From positions 1-34,926 of IMG/VR virus record IMGVR_UViG_3300031951_000638: 34,926 nt of DNA; one strand, given 5' to 3'. Made by a program: the position numbers and the translations under genes. Origin of the DNA: a virus. Its lineage: Duplodnaviria; Caudoviricetes. A model generated the notes under the pieces. The model did no database searches. It had not been told where the DNA came from and saw only the letters and a list, made by a program, of their open reading frames with translations. Numbering within the stretch: position 1 is the first letter of the stretch; each line of letters opens with the position of its first letter. Below are positions 8,613 through 18,467 of this stretch, one piece after another.

Positions 8613-10478
8613 ATGGCAGATACAAGCATATTTCCTAGATTAAAACGATTATTCTCAACAGATGTTATCATTCGTAATGAAGGAGGTAATCAACTTAAAG
8701 TAATGGATGTTGATTCTATTCAAAGAAGTGGAGAATATGAAACCAATTCTTTAACAGATAGATATAGTAGAATTTATTCTGCTAACGCTACTTCACTTTA
8801 TGGACAACAATTAAACGTTAATTATCAATACTTAAGAGCACAATTATACTCAGACTATGATGTTATGGATACTGATGCTATTATTGCATCAGCTCTTGAT
8901 ATTGTTTCAGATGAGTCTTCATTAAAAAATGAAATGGGTGAAGTACTACAGATTCGTAGTTCAGATGAAGATATACAGAAAATTTTATACAATTTATTTT
9001 ATGATGTTTTAAATATTGAATTTAATTTATGGTCTTGGGTTAGACAAATGTGTAAATATGGTGATTTCTTTTTAAAACTAGAAATCGCTGAAAAATTTGG
9101 TGTTTACAACGTAATACCTTATACCGCATATCATATTGAAAGACAAGAGGGATACGATAAAGACACACCTACATCCGTAAGATTCAAATTTAGTCCTGAT
9201 GGATACATCGGTGGGGGGTATGGTCAATTTAGTTTACCTCATCAATTTAATAAAGAATCAGCAGGTATATATTTTGATAATTATGAGATGGCTCACTTTA
9301 GATTATTAACAGATGTTAATTATCTTCCATACGGCAGATCATATATAGAACCAGCTCGTAAATTATTTAAACAGTATACATTGATGGAAGATGCTATGCT
9401 GATTCATAGAATTTCTCGTGCTCCAGAAAAACGTGTATTTTATATAAATGTTGGTTCTATTCCTCCAAACGAAGTAGAAAGTTTCATGCAGAAGACTATT
9501 CGCACCATGAAAAAAACACCATATATAGATGAACAAACGGGTGAATATAATTTAAAATATAACATGCAAAACATGTTAGAAGATTTTTATATTCCTGTTC
9601 GTGGTAATGATAGTGCTACTAAAATCGATACAACTAAAGGTTTAGAATATAACGGTATTGAAGATGTTAATTATCTAAGAGATAAGTTATTTGCTGCTCT
9701 TAAAGTACCTAAAGCATTTATGGGTTATGATAAAGATTTAACGGGTAAAGCAACATTAGCAGCAGAAGATATTCGTTTTGCTCGCACAATTGATAGAATT
9801 CAACGTATTATTTTATCTGAATTGTATAAGATAGCTTTAGTTCATCTGTATGTTCAAGGCTATAGAGGTGAAGTATTAACTAATTTTGAACTTTCATTAA
9901 CTACTCCATCAATTATTTACGATCAAGAACGTATTATGTTGATGAAAGAAAAAGTAGATTTAGCTAAAAGCATAATGGAGGGTCAATTATTACCTACAGA
10001 TTGGATTTACCATCATATTTTCCATTTTAGTGAAGATCAATTTGATGAATATAGAGATTTAATTCTACAAGACGCAAAACGCAAATTTAGATTAGGTCAA
10101 ATAACTGAAGAAGGTAATGATCCTTTAGAAACAGGCAAATCATATGGTACACCTCATGACTTAGCTACATTATACGGAAAGAGCAGAATGGCCTCAGATC
10201 CAGGTAATGTACCTATAGGATATGATGAAGAAGTTAAATTAGGTCGTCCACAAGAAAAAGCATCTAATATTAATACTCAAAAAGATGTTTTTGGTAGAGA
10301 TAGATTAGGTAGACAAGCTATGAAAGTAGATGATCAACCAGATTATAATAGTAAAACCCTTAACGAAAGTACTTATTTAAAAAATAAACAATTTTTAAAT
10401 GAAATGGAGAAAAAAATAGTATTCAAACCTAACACCCCAGGAGAATCACTATTAGATGAAAGACAGTTGAGAGATTAA
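8613..10478 (+). CDS. Portal protein (T4 gp20-like)
   Basis: LMEDAMLIHRISRAPEKRVFYINVG, MLEDFYIP and LFAALKVPK motifs; follows terL. Confidence 0.95.
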   Translation: MADTSIFPRLKRLFSTDVIIRNEGGNQLKVMDVDSIQRSGEYETNSLTDRYSRIYSANATSLYGQQLNVNYQYLRAQLYSDYDVMDTDAIIASALDIVSDESSLKNEMGEVLQIRSSDEDIQKILYNLFYDVLNIEFNLWSWVRQMCKYGDFFLKLEIAEKFGVYNVIPYTAYHIERQEGYDKDTPTSVRFKFSPDGYIGGGYGQFSLPHQFNKESAGIYFDNYEMAHFRLLTDVNYLPYGRSYIEPARKLFKQYTLMEDAMLIHRISRAPEKRVFYINVGSIPPNEVESFMQKTIRTMKKTPYIDEQTGEYNLKYNMQNMLEDFYIPVRGNDSATKIDTTKGLEYNGIEDVNYLRDKLFAALKVPKAFMGYDKDLTGKATLAAEDIRFARTIDRIQRIILSELYKIALVHLYVQGYRGEVLTNFELSLTTPSIIYDQERIMLMKEKVDLAKSIMEGQLLPTDWIYHHIFHFSEDQFDEYRDLILQDAKRKFRLGQITEEGNDPLETGKSYGTPHDLATLYGKSRMASDPGNVPIGYDEEVKLGRPQEKASNINTQKDVFGRDRLGRQAMKVDDQPDYNSKTLNESTYLKNKQFLNEMEKKIVFKPNTPGESLLDERQLRD

Positions 10479-10516
10479 TTCTTTATATATATTTATAATA
10501 AAAAAAATCAATATAA

Positions 10517-11374
10517 ATGCTCATAAAACATTCAAAGTTTAAAAATACAGGCATTCTTTTTGAATTATTAGTTAGACAAATTACATCCGATACTCTATCA
10601 GGTGCTGAGTCTAAAGCTACTAATATACTAAAGAAATACTTTAATAAAACTGAATTAGGTCGTGAATATAAACTATATGAAAGTTTATTAAAACGCACTA
10701 ATTTAACTGAGGGTAAAGCAGAATTAATAATTAATTCAGTCATTGAGAGTTCTAAACAATTAAATAAATCTGCTCTTAAAAGACAAAAATATAATTTAAT
10801 TAAAGAATTAAAAGAGCATTATAATTTAGAAGAATTTTTTAAAACTAAATTACCTAATTATAAAGTACACGCTGCTTTATATACATTAATTGAATCGTGT
10901 GGGCTTAAATTAGTTTCTGTAGAACATACTATTTCAAATAAGTTAGTTATATTAGAACATTTAACTTCAACATCAAATGATAAGAAAAAATCTAATCAAA
11001 TTGTTGAAGAATTTTCTCAATATGATAAAGATACTCGTATTTTAACTTATAAGATTTTACTTAATAAGTTTAACGAAAAATATTCTGACTTTAATAGAGA
11101 TAAAAAAGCTGTTCTTAAAGAAATTATTAATAGCGCTGATAATCCTATTAAATTAAAAGAATTTTATAATAGTAGACTTACTACAATAAAAAAAGATATT
11201 ATTTTATTGAATAAAACTACTAAAAATGAAGTTACTAAGATTAAGTTAAACGAAATTGTTAAAAATCTTTTAACTCCATTAGGTAAAAATGATAAAATTG
11301 ATAATGATCATATGATTAATCTGTTACAATATTATGATTTAATTGAAGAATTAGAAAAAACTAATGGAAAATAA
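10517..11374 (+). CDS. Head-module hypothetical protein (helical)
   Basis: 285-aa ORF directly after portal; late motif upstream. Confidence 0.75.
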   Translation: MLIKHSKFKNTGILFELLVRQITSDTLSGAESKATNILKKYFNKTELGREYKLYESLLKRTNLTEGKAELIINSVIESSKQLNKSALKRQKYNLIKELKEHYNLEEFFKTKLPNYKVHAALYTLIESCGLKLVSVEHTISNKLVILEHLTSTSNDKKKSNQIVEEFSQYDKDTRILTYKILLNKFNEKYSDFNRDKKAVLKEIINSADNPIKLKEFYNSRLTTIKKDIILLNKTTKNEVTKIKLNEIVKNLLTPLGKNDKIDNDHMINLLQYYDLIEELEKTNGK

Positions 11375-11888
11375 GAAAAAACTTAAAACACTTATTTTTA
11401 AAACACTAAAAGAAATGAGTGCTACTGGAGCAGGAGCTAGCGCTGCTCATTTTGAACCAGGTGAAGGAGCTCAATATGCTCCTAAATATGCTTATAATCC
11501 TGATAAAAAAGCAAAAGGTGCTAAAAACATTTATTATTATAAATTAGGTTGGAAACCTGTTGATGCCCCTAAACTTCATTCTCAAGCTAAAGGAATTGAA
11601 CATAAAGATTTATGGTCCAAAAAATTAAAAGAAAATGAAGAATCAACTCAAGGATATTTAAATTCTTTAAATTTAAAAGAACCAGCTTTAAGTAAATTTG
11701 TCGCGGGTAGAGTAGAAGATTTTGATAAAATTGAAGATAAATTAAATACTTTGCTTCCGTTATTACAAAGAGCTAAAAAAGAAACTATGGATTATTATAA
11801 AATATCTCCTGATTTTAAAGTTCAATATGGGACAGATATAGCATTAGATTACTTAGACGACTTAATAAAACTATTTATAAAAAAATAA
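11364..11888 (+). CDS. Putative head-internal protein
   Basis: LKTLIFKTLKE-MS tag, internal KLKE site; located in the head cluster. Confidence 0.65.
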   Translation: MENKKKLKTLIFKTLKEMSATGAGASAAHFEPGEGAQYAPKYAYNPDKKAKGAKNIYYYKLGWKPVDAPKLHSQAKGIEHKDLWSKKLKENEESTQGYLNSLNLKEPALSKFVAGRVEDFDKIEDKLNTLLPLLQRAKKETMDYYKISPDFKVQYGTDIALDYLDDLIKLFIKK

Positions 11889-11893
11889 ATACA

Positions 11894-13840
11894 ATGACAT
11901 TACAAGAACATTTTAACCAGATTAAAAACGGTAAAGGAAATAAAACTCAATTTCTAAAACAAGCCCGTAGTTTATTCCCAGAATATTTCAATCAATATAC
12001 TGATTTTAATACTGCAACTAACATATTAAAATCAAAACAAATCATTAGTGAGGCAGCAGGTGGTGTTGTAACTAAGGGTTTTGATATATTTGATTGGAAA
12101 AAGATATTAGCTGAAGAAGTTAAAGCAACCGAAAAGGAAACATCTAAAGAAGTACTAGATAATCAAAAGAATACTTACAACAACTCAGACAAGAAAAACG
12201 CTGATAACATTAATTTTAATGAAATCATGAAAGGTTTTTACGCTGAGTTAAAAGACGAGAAAAATAAAAATAAAACAGGTGACGAAATCAAAGATATAGT
12301 TGTTAAAAACTTAGCTAAAGATTGTTTATACTATACTAAAGATGGTGAATTTGGAACTAAAGGAGTTGGATATAATACTGAAGCGCCAGGTTTAGGTACT
12401 CCAAAAGAACCTAAAGGTAAACATAAATCCTCAGGCTACGGTGATATTGAAAAAGAAGTAAAAATAAAAGCAAATGTTCAAAACTCATTGGGTGATAAAG
12501 AAGCAGAAACTTCAATGCCTAAAAAAGTAAAAGAAATGCCAGTAACACCTCAAAACTCATCTGGTGTCAAAAAAATGAAAATGCCTGGTTCTGAAAAAAA
12601 GATTAAACTGCAAGAATCACAATTTGATATCCCTACAGAACTTCATAGATACCATGATTTATTATATCAAATTGCTTCTGATTATGGTAAAAAACATGAA
12701 CTTTTTAATAATGTCATAGACTATATCGCAGATATAGATACATATCTTGAATATGGAAAAAAAGAACTGGCTAAAGAAAAAGAAAACAAAATGTTCCAAT
12801 ATTTAAAAAGTTATGAGGTAGGTCAACAAATAGACAAAAATGGTGCACTGCAGCCTACAAACGCGTTAGAAAAATATCTTCCATATATGCATTTAAATGA
12901 AGCTCCTCAACACCAAGGAGTGTCAGTTCAACCTAATGTTGGTGGTAGTTTAGGTGGAAGACGTTTTATTCCTAGCACAACAGCATTATCAAAAGCTGCA
13001 GTAGATGCTTTAAATGCTGCTGGTTTAAGAAGATCTAACTGGAGTAAACCTCATGTTAAAGTATTAGGAAAAGAAGATGATATTAAATTAATGATATCTA
13101 AATTATTATTAGACACTATAGGAAGTTCTGAAAGAGGTCGTTCAAAACTAAGCATGACTGCTTCTAAAATAGGAACAGGTATTACACCTGTTGAAATGAA
13201 TCAATTATCAGGCGAATTTAAAAAACTTGTTAAAGTACTAAACGCTAATGAAAGATTAGTACCTCAAAAAGATGACTATTATTTATTAGATATTCCTGTA
13301 AAATATAATGATAGAAGAGCTCAATATGAAATGCCTTTACCAAAAGATATAGATGAACAGATACTTCGTGAGTTTATTGGTGAACTTATTAAAGAAGAAT
13401 TAAAGAGAAGTAGTAGCGGAGCTGATTATATTGAAATAAATGGGAAAACGGTTAAAACATATACTCAAAATGGAGATTCATCATACAATGTTACATATGA
13501 TGATGATACTAAAGATAGAATCGCAGTAAGTAATGATGCTTGGGATGAAATTAATACTTTACATCAAAACGCTACTAAAAAAGAATTAAGCGAAAATGTA
13601 GGTAGTATATTAGATACAGAAGGTATAGTAAGTAATCTTGTAAAAAAACTAACAGACAATAAATTTTCAGAAAAATCTAAAACAGATGTTTATGAGTTAG
13701 CTAAAAAAACTCTTAATGGAAGAACTAAAGAAGAAAAAAAAGAATTTTATAAGTTATTAGCTGATGAAATAGGTAAAACAAAAATGGATGGTGCCTCAAT
13801 AGAACAGCAAGCTTATAATTCTATAGCATCCAACTTATAA
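11894..13840 (+). CDS. Large mosaic putative prohead-core / internal polyprotein
   Basis: 648 aa with multiple L/I-x-E sites separating compositionally different segments; immediately upstream of the protease. Confidence 0.65.
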   Translation: MTLQEHFNQIKNGKGNKTQFLKQARSLFPEYFNQYTDFNTATNILKSKQIISEAAGGVVTKGFDIFDWKKILAEEVKATEKETSKEVLDNQKNTYNNSDKKNADNINFNEIMKGFYAELKDEKNKNKTGDEIKDIVVKNLAKDCLYYTKDGEFGTKGVGYNTEAPGLGTPKEPKGKHKSSGYGDIEKEVKIKANVQNSLGDKEAETSMPKKVKEMPVTPQNSSGVKKMKMPGSEKKIKLQESQFDIPTELHRYHDLLYQIASDYGKKHELFNNVIDYIADIDTYLEYGKKELAKEKENKMFQYLKSYEVGQQIDKNGALQPTNALEKYLPYMHLNEAPQHQGVSVQPNVGGSLGGRRFIPSTTALSKAAVDALNAAGLRRSNWSKPHVKVLGKEDDIKLMISKLLLDTIGSSERGRSKLSMTASKIGTGITPVEMNQLSGEFKKLVKVLNANERLVPQKDDYYLLDIPVKYNDRRAQYEMPLPKDIDEQILREFIGELIKEELKRSSSGADYIEINGKTVKTYTQNGDSSYNVTYDDDTKDRIAVSNDAWDEINTLHQNATKKELSENVGSILDTEGIVSNLVKKLTDNKFSEKSKTDVYELAKKTLNGRTKEEKKEFYKLLADEIGKTKMDGASIEQQAYNSIASNL

Positions 13841-13847
13841 AACAAAT

Positions 13848-14450
13848 ATGAAATCACTACTAATAGAAACACGCCCATTCACAATTTCTCCTTCGGTTCT
13901 TACAGAAAGTAAGAATACAGGTAAAAATCCTATAGTAGAAGGTATATTAGCTACTGTTGAAGTAAAAAACGGTAATGGTAGATATTATGCTAAAGATTTA
14001 TGGGAACGCGAATTAAAAAAATATTCTGCCTCTATTAAAGAAAGAAGAGCATGTGGTGAACTAGATCATCCTGATTCTCAAGTAATTAACTTAAAAAACG
14101 TATCTCATAACATTACTAAAATATGGTGGGATGGAGATAATGTTATGGGTGAAATAGAAATTTTACCTACTCCATCGGGAAATATAGTAAAAGCACTAAT
14201 AGGATCTGGTATTAGAATAGGCGTTTCATCTCGTGGAATGGGTAGTCTAAAACAAGTAGGTGAAGTATTAGAAGTACAAGATGATTTTGAACTATTATGT
14301 TGGGATTTTGTTTCAACACCTTCAAACCCAGGTTCATTTATGACTTCATTAAACGAAAATTTAAATTATTCAAAGATAAATCCATACTCTAAAGTAAATA
14401 ACATTATAACAGATATTTTATGTGCTAATGGAACATGCCCAATATTTTAA
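13848..14450 (+). CDS. Prohead core protease (T4 gp21-like)
   Basis: KNGNGRYY, GELDHP, GVSSRGMGS, WDFVSTPS motifs. Confidence 0.95.
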   Translation: MKSLLIETRPFTISPSVLTESKNTGKNPIVEGILATVEVKNGNGRYYAKDLWERELKKYSASIKERRACGELDHPDSQVINLKNVSHNITKIWWDGDNVMGEIEILPTPSGNIVKALIGSGIRIGVSSRGMGSLKQVGEVLEVQDDFELLCWDFVSTPSNPGSFMTSLNENLNYSKINPYSKVNNIITDILCANGTCPIF

Positions 14451-14477
14451 CCCCTCCTAAAATAGTCTTTTAGGACC

Positions 14478-14510
14478 AAGGCGCTTTTAAAAAAAGTGCC
14501 TTTCTTTTTT
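14478..14510 (+). terminator. Rho-independent terminator after the protease gene
   Basis: AAGGCGCTTTT/AAAAGTGCCTT stem (one G-U) followed by TCTTTTTT; preceded by the perfect hairpin TCCTAAAA-TAGTC-TTTTAGGA (14455-14475). Confidence 0.75.
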
Positions 14511-14661
14511 CATTTTTGTGACTTTGAACAAATTTATATATACGTATATAAGAATATGCCCAACCCTATGAGGCATTACCGATCATAATTTTATTACGCT
14601 TGAATATTTTATTCACACTAAGCGTATTTCCAAAACAAACAATTTAAAAATTTAAGGAAAA

Positions 14662-15921
14662 ATGGCAACAAACAGAGACTTGCTTAAAGAAGCAATCGCA
14701 GATGCTAAAGCTGTTAAAGAAACCGCTATCGCAAATGCAAAAGCTGCTTTAGAAGAATCATTTACTCCATTCTTAAGAGAAAAATTATCTCAAAAAATTA
14801 ACGAGATGGATGAACTTTCTGAAGAAGAATTAGAGGAAATGGGATCTACTGAAGTAGAAAAATCAATGTACGAAGGTGACATTGAAGAAATTTCTTTGGA
14901 TGAACTTTTAGCTGAATTAGATGACTCTCCTATGGAAGAAGAGCTTTATGAAGCTAAAGAAAAAGAAGAAGAAGAAATGTCTATTGAAGACATGTCTGAA
15001 TCTGATCTTAAATCATTCATTGAAGATGTAATCCAAGACATGATCGGTTCAGGTGAACTCGAAGCTGGTCATGAAGGTATGGAAAATGAAGAAGGTGTAG
15101 AAACAGAAGAAGAAGAAGAAGTTTCTTTAGATGACATTTTAGCTGAAATTGAAGAAGCTAAAAAACGCAAAAACAAACCAGAAGAAGAATCTGAGCAATT
15201 AGACGAAGACACACTTAACGAAATGGCATCTTTTTATAAAATAAAAGATACTGCTAACAAAGAAAATGCTAAGCAAGCTATTAAGCTAGTTAGAGATGCA
15301 GTTACCAGTAAAGGTACTTCTTTGTACAACATGTTTACTACTTTAGCAGATGAAGGTGAAGTAGATCTTCAACAATTAGCTAAAGAAACTGGTAAGGATA
15401 TTGCTACTTGGAATAATCCTAAAACTAGAAGTTATTTAGAAAAAGATGGAAAATTAGCTAAATATGTTGATGCTTTAAGTAGTCCAAGTGCTGGGAAAAG
15501 AGGCCGTACAAAAGGCTCAGGTGCATCTAAAAGTTTAGATGATCTTGAACTTCCTTCAGTTGATGAATCACTTAACGAAGCTTACAGAGCTATTAAAACT
15601 CTTCAATCTGAACTTCAAGAAGTTAATCTTTTGAACGCTAAACTTCTTTACACTAACAAAATTTTCCGCAACAAATCATTAAACGAGTCACAGAAAATTA
15701 AAGTTTTAACAATGTTTGACAAAGCAAAAACCAAAAAAGAAGCTCAATTAGTTTACGAAACTCTACAAGAAAGCTTGAAAACAACAAATACAACTAAAGC
15801 TCCAATTAGAGAATCATTAAGCTCAGCTTCTAAAATGTTAGGTGGTGCTTCTACCAAACCAATTATTACAAATGACGCATTTGCTCGCATGCGTGAACTA
15901 GCGGGTTTAAAAAATAACTAA
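14662..15921 (+). CDS. Prohead scaffold/core protein (T4 gp22-like) with inserted module
   Basis: Very acidic, coiled-coil, lies between protease and MCP; ends RMRELAGLKNN. Confidence 0.85.
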   Translation: MATNRDLLKEAIADAKAVKETAIANAKAALEESFTPFLREKLSQKINEMDELSEEELEEMGSTEVEKSMYEGDIEEISLDELLAELDDSPMEEELYEAKEKEEEEMSIEDMSESDLKSFIEDVIQDMIGSGELEAGHEGMENEEGVETEEEEEVSLDDILAEIEEAKKRKNKPEEESEQLDEDTLNEMASFYKIKDTANKENAKQAIKLVRDAVTSKGTSLYNMFTTLADEGEVDLQQLAKETGKDIATWNNPKTRSYLEKDGKLAKYVDALSSPSAGKRGRTKGSGASKSLDDLELPSVDESLNEAYRAIKTLQSELQEVNLLNAKLLYTNKIFRNKSLNESQKIKVLTMFDKAKTKKEAQLVYETLQESLKTTNTTKAPIRESLSSASKMLGGASTKPIITNDAFARMRELAGLKNN

Positions 15922-15942
15922 AAATCAAATCAAAAATCAAAA

Positions 15943-17658
15943 ATGAACACAATTCAAAATTTACTCGAATCCGCTAATCCTTGGAAGTCACTTCAAAGTG
16001 ATGCAGGTAGATTAGCGTCCAAGTGGGTCAAAACTGGCTTACTTGAAGGGTTGGGAGAAGTTGAGAGAAACAATATGTCTATCCTTCTTGAAAACCAAGC
16101 AAAACAATTAGTAGTTGAAACTAGTCAAACTGGTGTTTCTCCTACAGCAGGTACATTTACTGTAGGTCAATCTGAAAACTGGGCTGGCATTGCTCTTCCA
16201 TTAGTACGTAAAGTATTTGGATCAATAGCAGCTAAAGAATTTGTTAGCGTTCAGCCAATGAATTTACCTTCAGGTCTAGTATTTTTCCTAGATTTCCAGT
16301 ATGGTACTAACGTTAATCCATTTGCTTCTGGTAACTCACTTTACGGTGCTCGTAACACATCAGGTCAGTTTCCTTTCCAAACAACTGGTACAACTGGTGG
16401 TTTATATGGTGCTGGTAGATTTGCTTACTCAACTAACCAATTTTCATCTTCATTGTTTGTAACTGGTTCAACAGGTGGTGGTACATTACCTACAGTAGGT
16501 GCTGGTACAGGTTCAATGGTTACTGCTTCTTGGGCAGAATTGAATTATGATTCTGATTTATCAGCATCAGTAGTAAGTAACAGAATCTATAAAGTAACTG
16601 TAGCTACTGCTTCAACTTTCTTACCTAACTTTGATCCAGATGGTGTTCGTGCATTTGTAATGACTTCAGGTTCAGTATTTACCTCAGCATCTATTTTACC
16701 TGCATTTACTACTTACAACTACACAGCTAATACTATTAGTTTCTTCTTTACAGCTTCTGCTGCTTTAGGTGTAGCTGCTGGTGGTGCTGGTTTCGTTTGT
16801 TACTATAACAAAATTACTGCTGACAACAATCGTGGTGATTTTGAAGATACAAGTGCTCCTTCATTCTCAGTTCCAAATGCTCAAAGCGCAACTACAATTT
16901 CTATTCCAGAAATTAATATCAAGATGCAATCTCAAGCCATCACAGCTAAGACTAAAAAGTTAAAAGCAGTATGGACTCCTGAGTTTGCTCAAGATCTTAA
17001 CGCTTACCAAAATATTGATGCTGAAGCAGAATTAACTAACATCATGAGTGAGTATATTTCTATGGAAATTGATCTCGAAATCCTTGATATGTTGATTGAA
17101 GATGCAGCCGCAGCTACTGAGTACTGGTCAGCTGTTAATAATACTGTTTTAAACGCAGCTGGAACAGATTTTACAGCAAGTTTAGGTTTCTATAACACTC
17201 AAGGTGGTTGGTTCCAAACTCTTGGTACTAAAATGCAAAAAGTAAGTAACAAGATTCACCAATTAACACTTCGTGGTGGTGCAAATTTCTTAGTATGTTC
17301 TCCAACAGTAGCTACAATTTTGGAATCAATTCCTGGATTCGCTGCTAATACTAATGGTGACGCTGCTAACACGGAATATGCGATGGGTGTTCAGAAAGTA
17401 GGAGCTATCAATAGCCGCTATACTGTATACAAAAATCCATACATGACTGAAAACGTAATCTTGATGGGCTTCCGCGGTAAACAATTCCTTGAATCAGGTG
17501 CTGTGTTTGCTCCATACATTCCGTTGATCATGACGCCTCTTGTGTACGATCCTAATACCTTCACTCCACGTAAAGGTTTGATGACTCGTTACGCTAAGAA
17601 AATGTTGCGTCCTGAGTTCTATGGTAAGATTTACGTTAGTGGTTTGAATACCCTTTAA
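15943..17658 (+). CDS. Major capsid protein (T4 gp23-like)
   Basis: VQPMNLPSGLVFFL, KLKAVWTPEFAQDL, APYIPL and FTPRKGLMTRY motifs. Confidence 0.96.
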   Translation: MNTIQNLLESANPWKSLQSDAGRLASKWVKTGLLEGLGEVERNNMSILLENQAKQLVVETSQTGVSPTAGTFTVGQSENWAGIALPLVRKVFGSIAAKEFVSVQPMNLPSGLVFFLDFQYGTNVNPFASGNSLYGARNTSGQFPFQTTGTTGGLYGAGRFAYSTNQFSSSLFVTGSTGGGTLPTVGAGTGSMVTASWAELNYDSDLSASVVSNRIYKVTVATASTFLPNFDPDGVRAFVMTSGSVFTSASILPAFTTYNYTANTISFFFTASAALGVAAGGAGFVCYYNKITADNNRGDFEDTSAPSFSVPNAQSATTISIPEINIKMQSQAITAKTKKLKAVWTPEFAQDLNAYQNIDAEAELTNIMSEYISMEIDLEILDMLIEDAAAATEYWSAVNNTVLNAAGTDFTASLGFYNTQGGWFQTLGTKMQKVSNKIHQLTLRGGANFLVCSPTVATILESIPGFAANTNGDAANTEYAMGVQKVGAINSRYTVYKNPYMTENVILMGFRGKQFLESGAVFAPYIPLIMTPLVYDPNTFTPRKGLMTRYAKKMLRPEFYGKIYVSGLNTL

Positions 17659-17681
17659 TAATCTTAGTGTAAGATAAAATT

Positions 17682-17710
17682 AAGCCGAGCCCGTAAGCTC
17701 GGCTTTTTTT
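17682..17710 (+). terminator. Rho-independent terminator after MCP
   Basis: AAGCCGAGC-ccgtaa-GCTCGGCTT followed by a T run. Confidence 0.9.
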
Positions 17711-17736
17711 ATTCATATTTATAATAAACAAACATT

Positions 17737-18396
17737 ATGAAAGAACCTAATCGTCAAAGAAAAAACGAAATTAAAGCTATTAATGTTTTACAATTAAATG
17801 AAGAGCAGAAAGAAGCAAAAAGGTTAATAATTGAAAATCAAATAGTTATTGTAACTGGAAGAGCAGGATCAGGAAAAAGTTTAGTTTGCGCTCAAGCAGC
17901 ATTAGATTTTTTAAAAAAGAAAGAAGTTAACTGTATTTGGAATACAAGAGCAGCGATAGAAGTAGGTAAATCTTTAGGATTTTTACCTGGTGAATTAAAT
18001 GAAAAATTTAATCCATATATGGAAGCATTTATAGAAAATCTTAGTAAATGTTGTACAAACCCAACAGAAATTCCTCAACTTGTTAAAGATGAGAAAATAA
18101 AAGCAATGCCAGTTCAGTTTATTAGAGGTAAAACAATAGATGATATTTTGATTGTAGAAGAAGCTCAAAATTTAACAAAAGCAGAAATGTTAGCTATTTT
18201 AACTCGTTTAGGTAAAACTGGTAAAATTGTTATTAATGGTGATAATGAACAACAGGATACAAAAGAATCTATTACTGGATTATCATATGCTATTGAATTA
18301 TCTAAAAAAATAGAAGAAATAAAGTGGATTAAGTTAAAAGAGAATCATAGATCGGACTTGGTAGGTAAAATACTCGATTATGAGTACGGTAATTAA
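17737..18396 (+). CDS. phoH: PhoH-family ATPase
   Basis: GRAGSGKS, LGFLPG, FIRGKT, EEAQN, TRLG, GDNEQQD and HRS motifs. Confidence 0.92.
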   Translation: MKEPNRQRKNEIKAINVLQLNEEQKEAKRLIIENQIVIVTGRAGSGKSLVCAQAALDFLKKKEVNCIWNTRAAIEVGKSLGFLPGELNEKFNPYMEAFIENLSKCCTNPTEIPQLVKDEKIKAMPVQFIRGKTIDDILIVEEAQNLTKAEMLAILTRLGKTGKIVINGDNEQQDTKESITGLSYAIELSKKIEEIKWIKLKENHRSDLVGKILDYEYGN

Positions 18397-18467
18397 TTTT
18401 AACGCACTACCTATTATCTTACATACCAATCACACTAAATTAAATTTAAGTTAAAATAATAACGTTT

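Noticed and set aside
14451-14661. tRNA in the long intergenic region
   Set aside because: No cloverleaf or T-loop (GTTCGA) signature.
7032-17658. Inteins or introns in terminase, portal or MCP
   Set aside because: ORFs are continuous and of plausible length with no intein terminal motifs seen. The MCP extra segment looks like a surface insertion domain.
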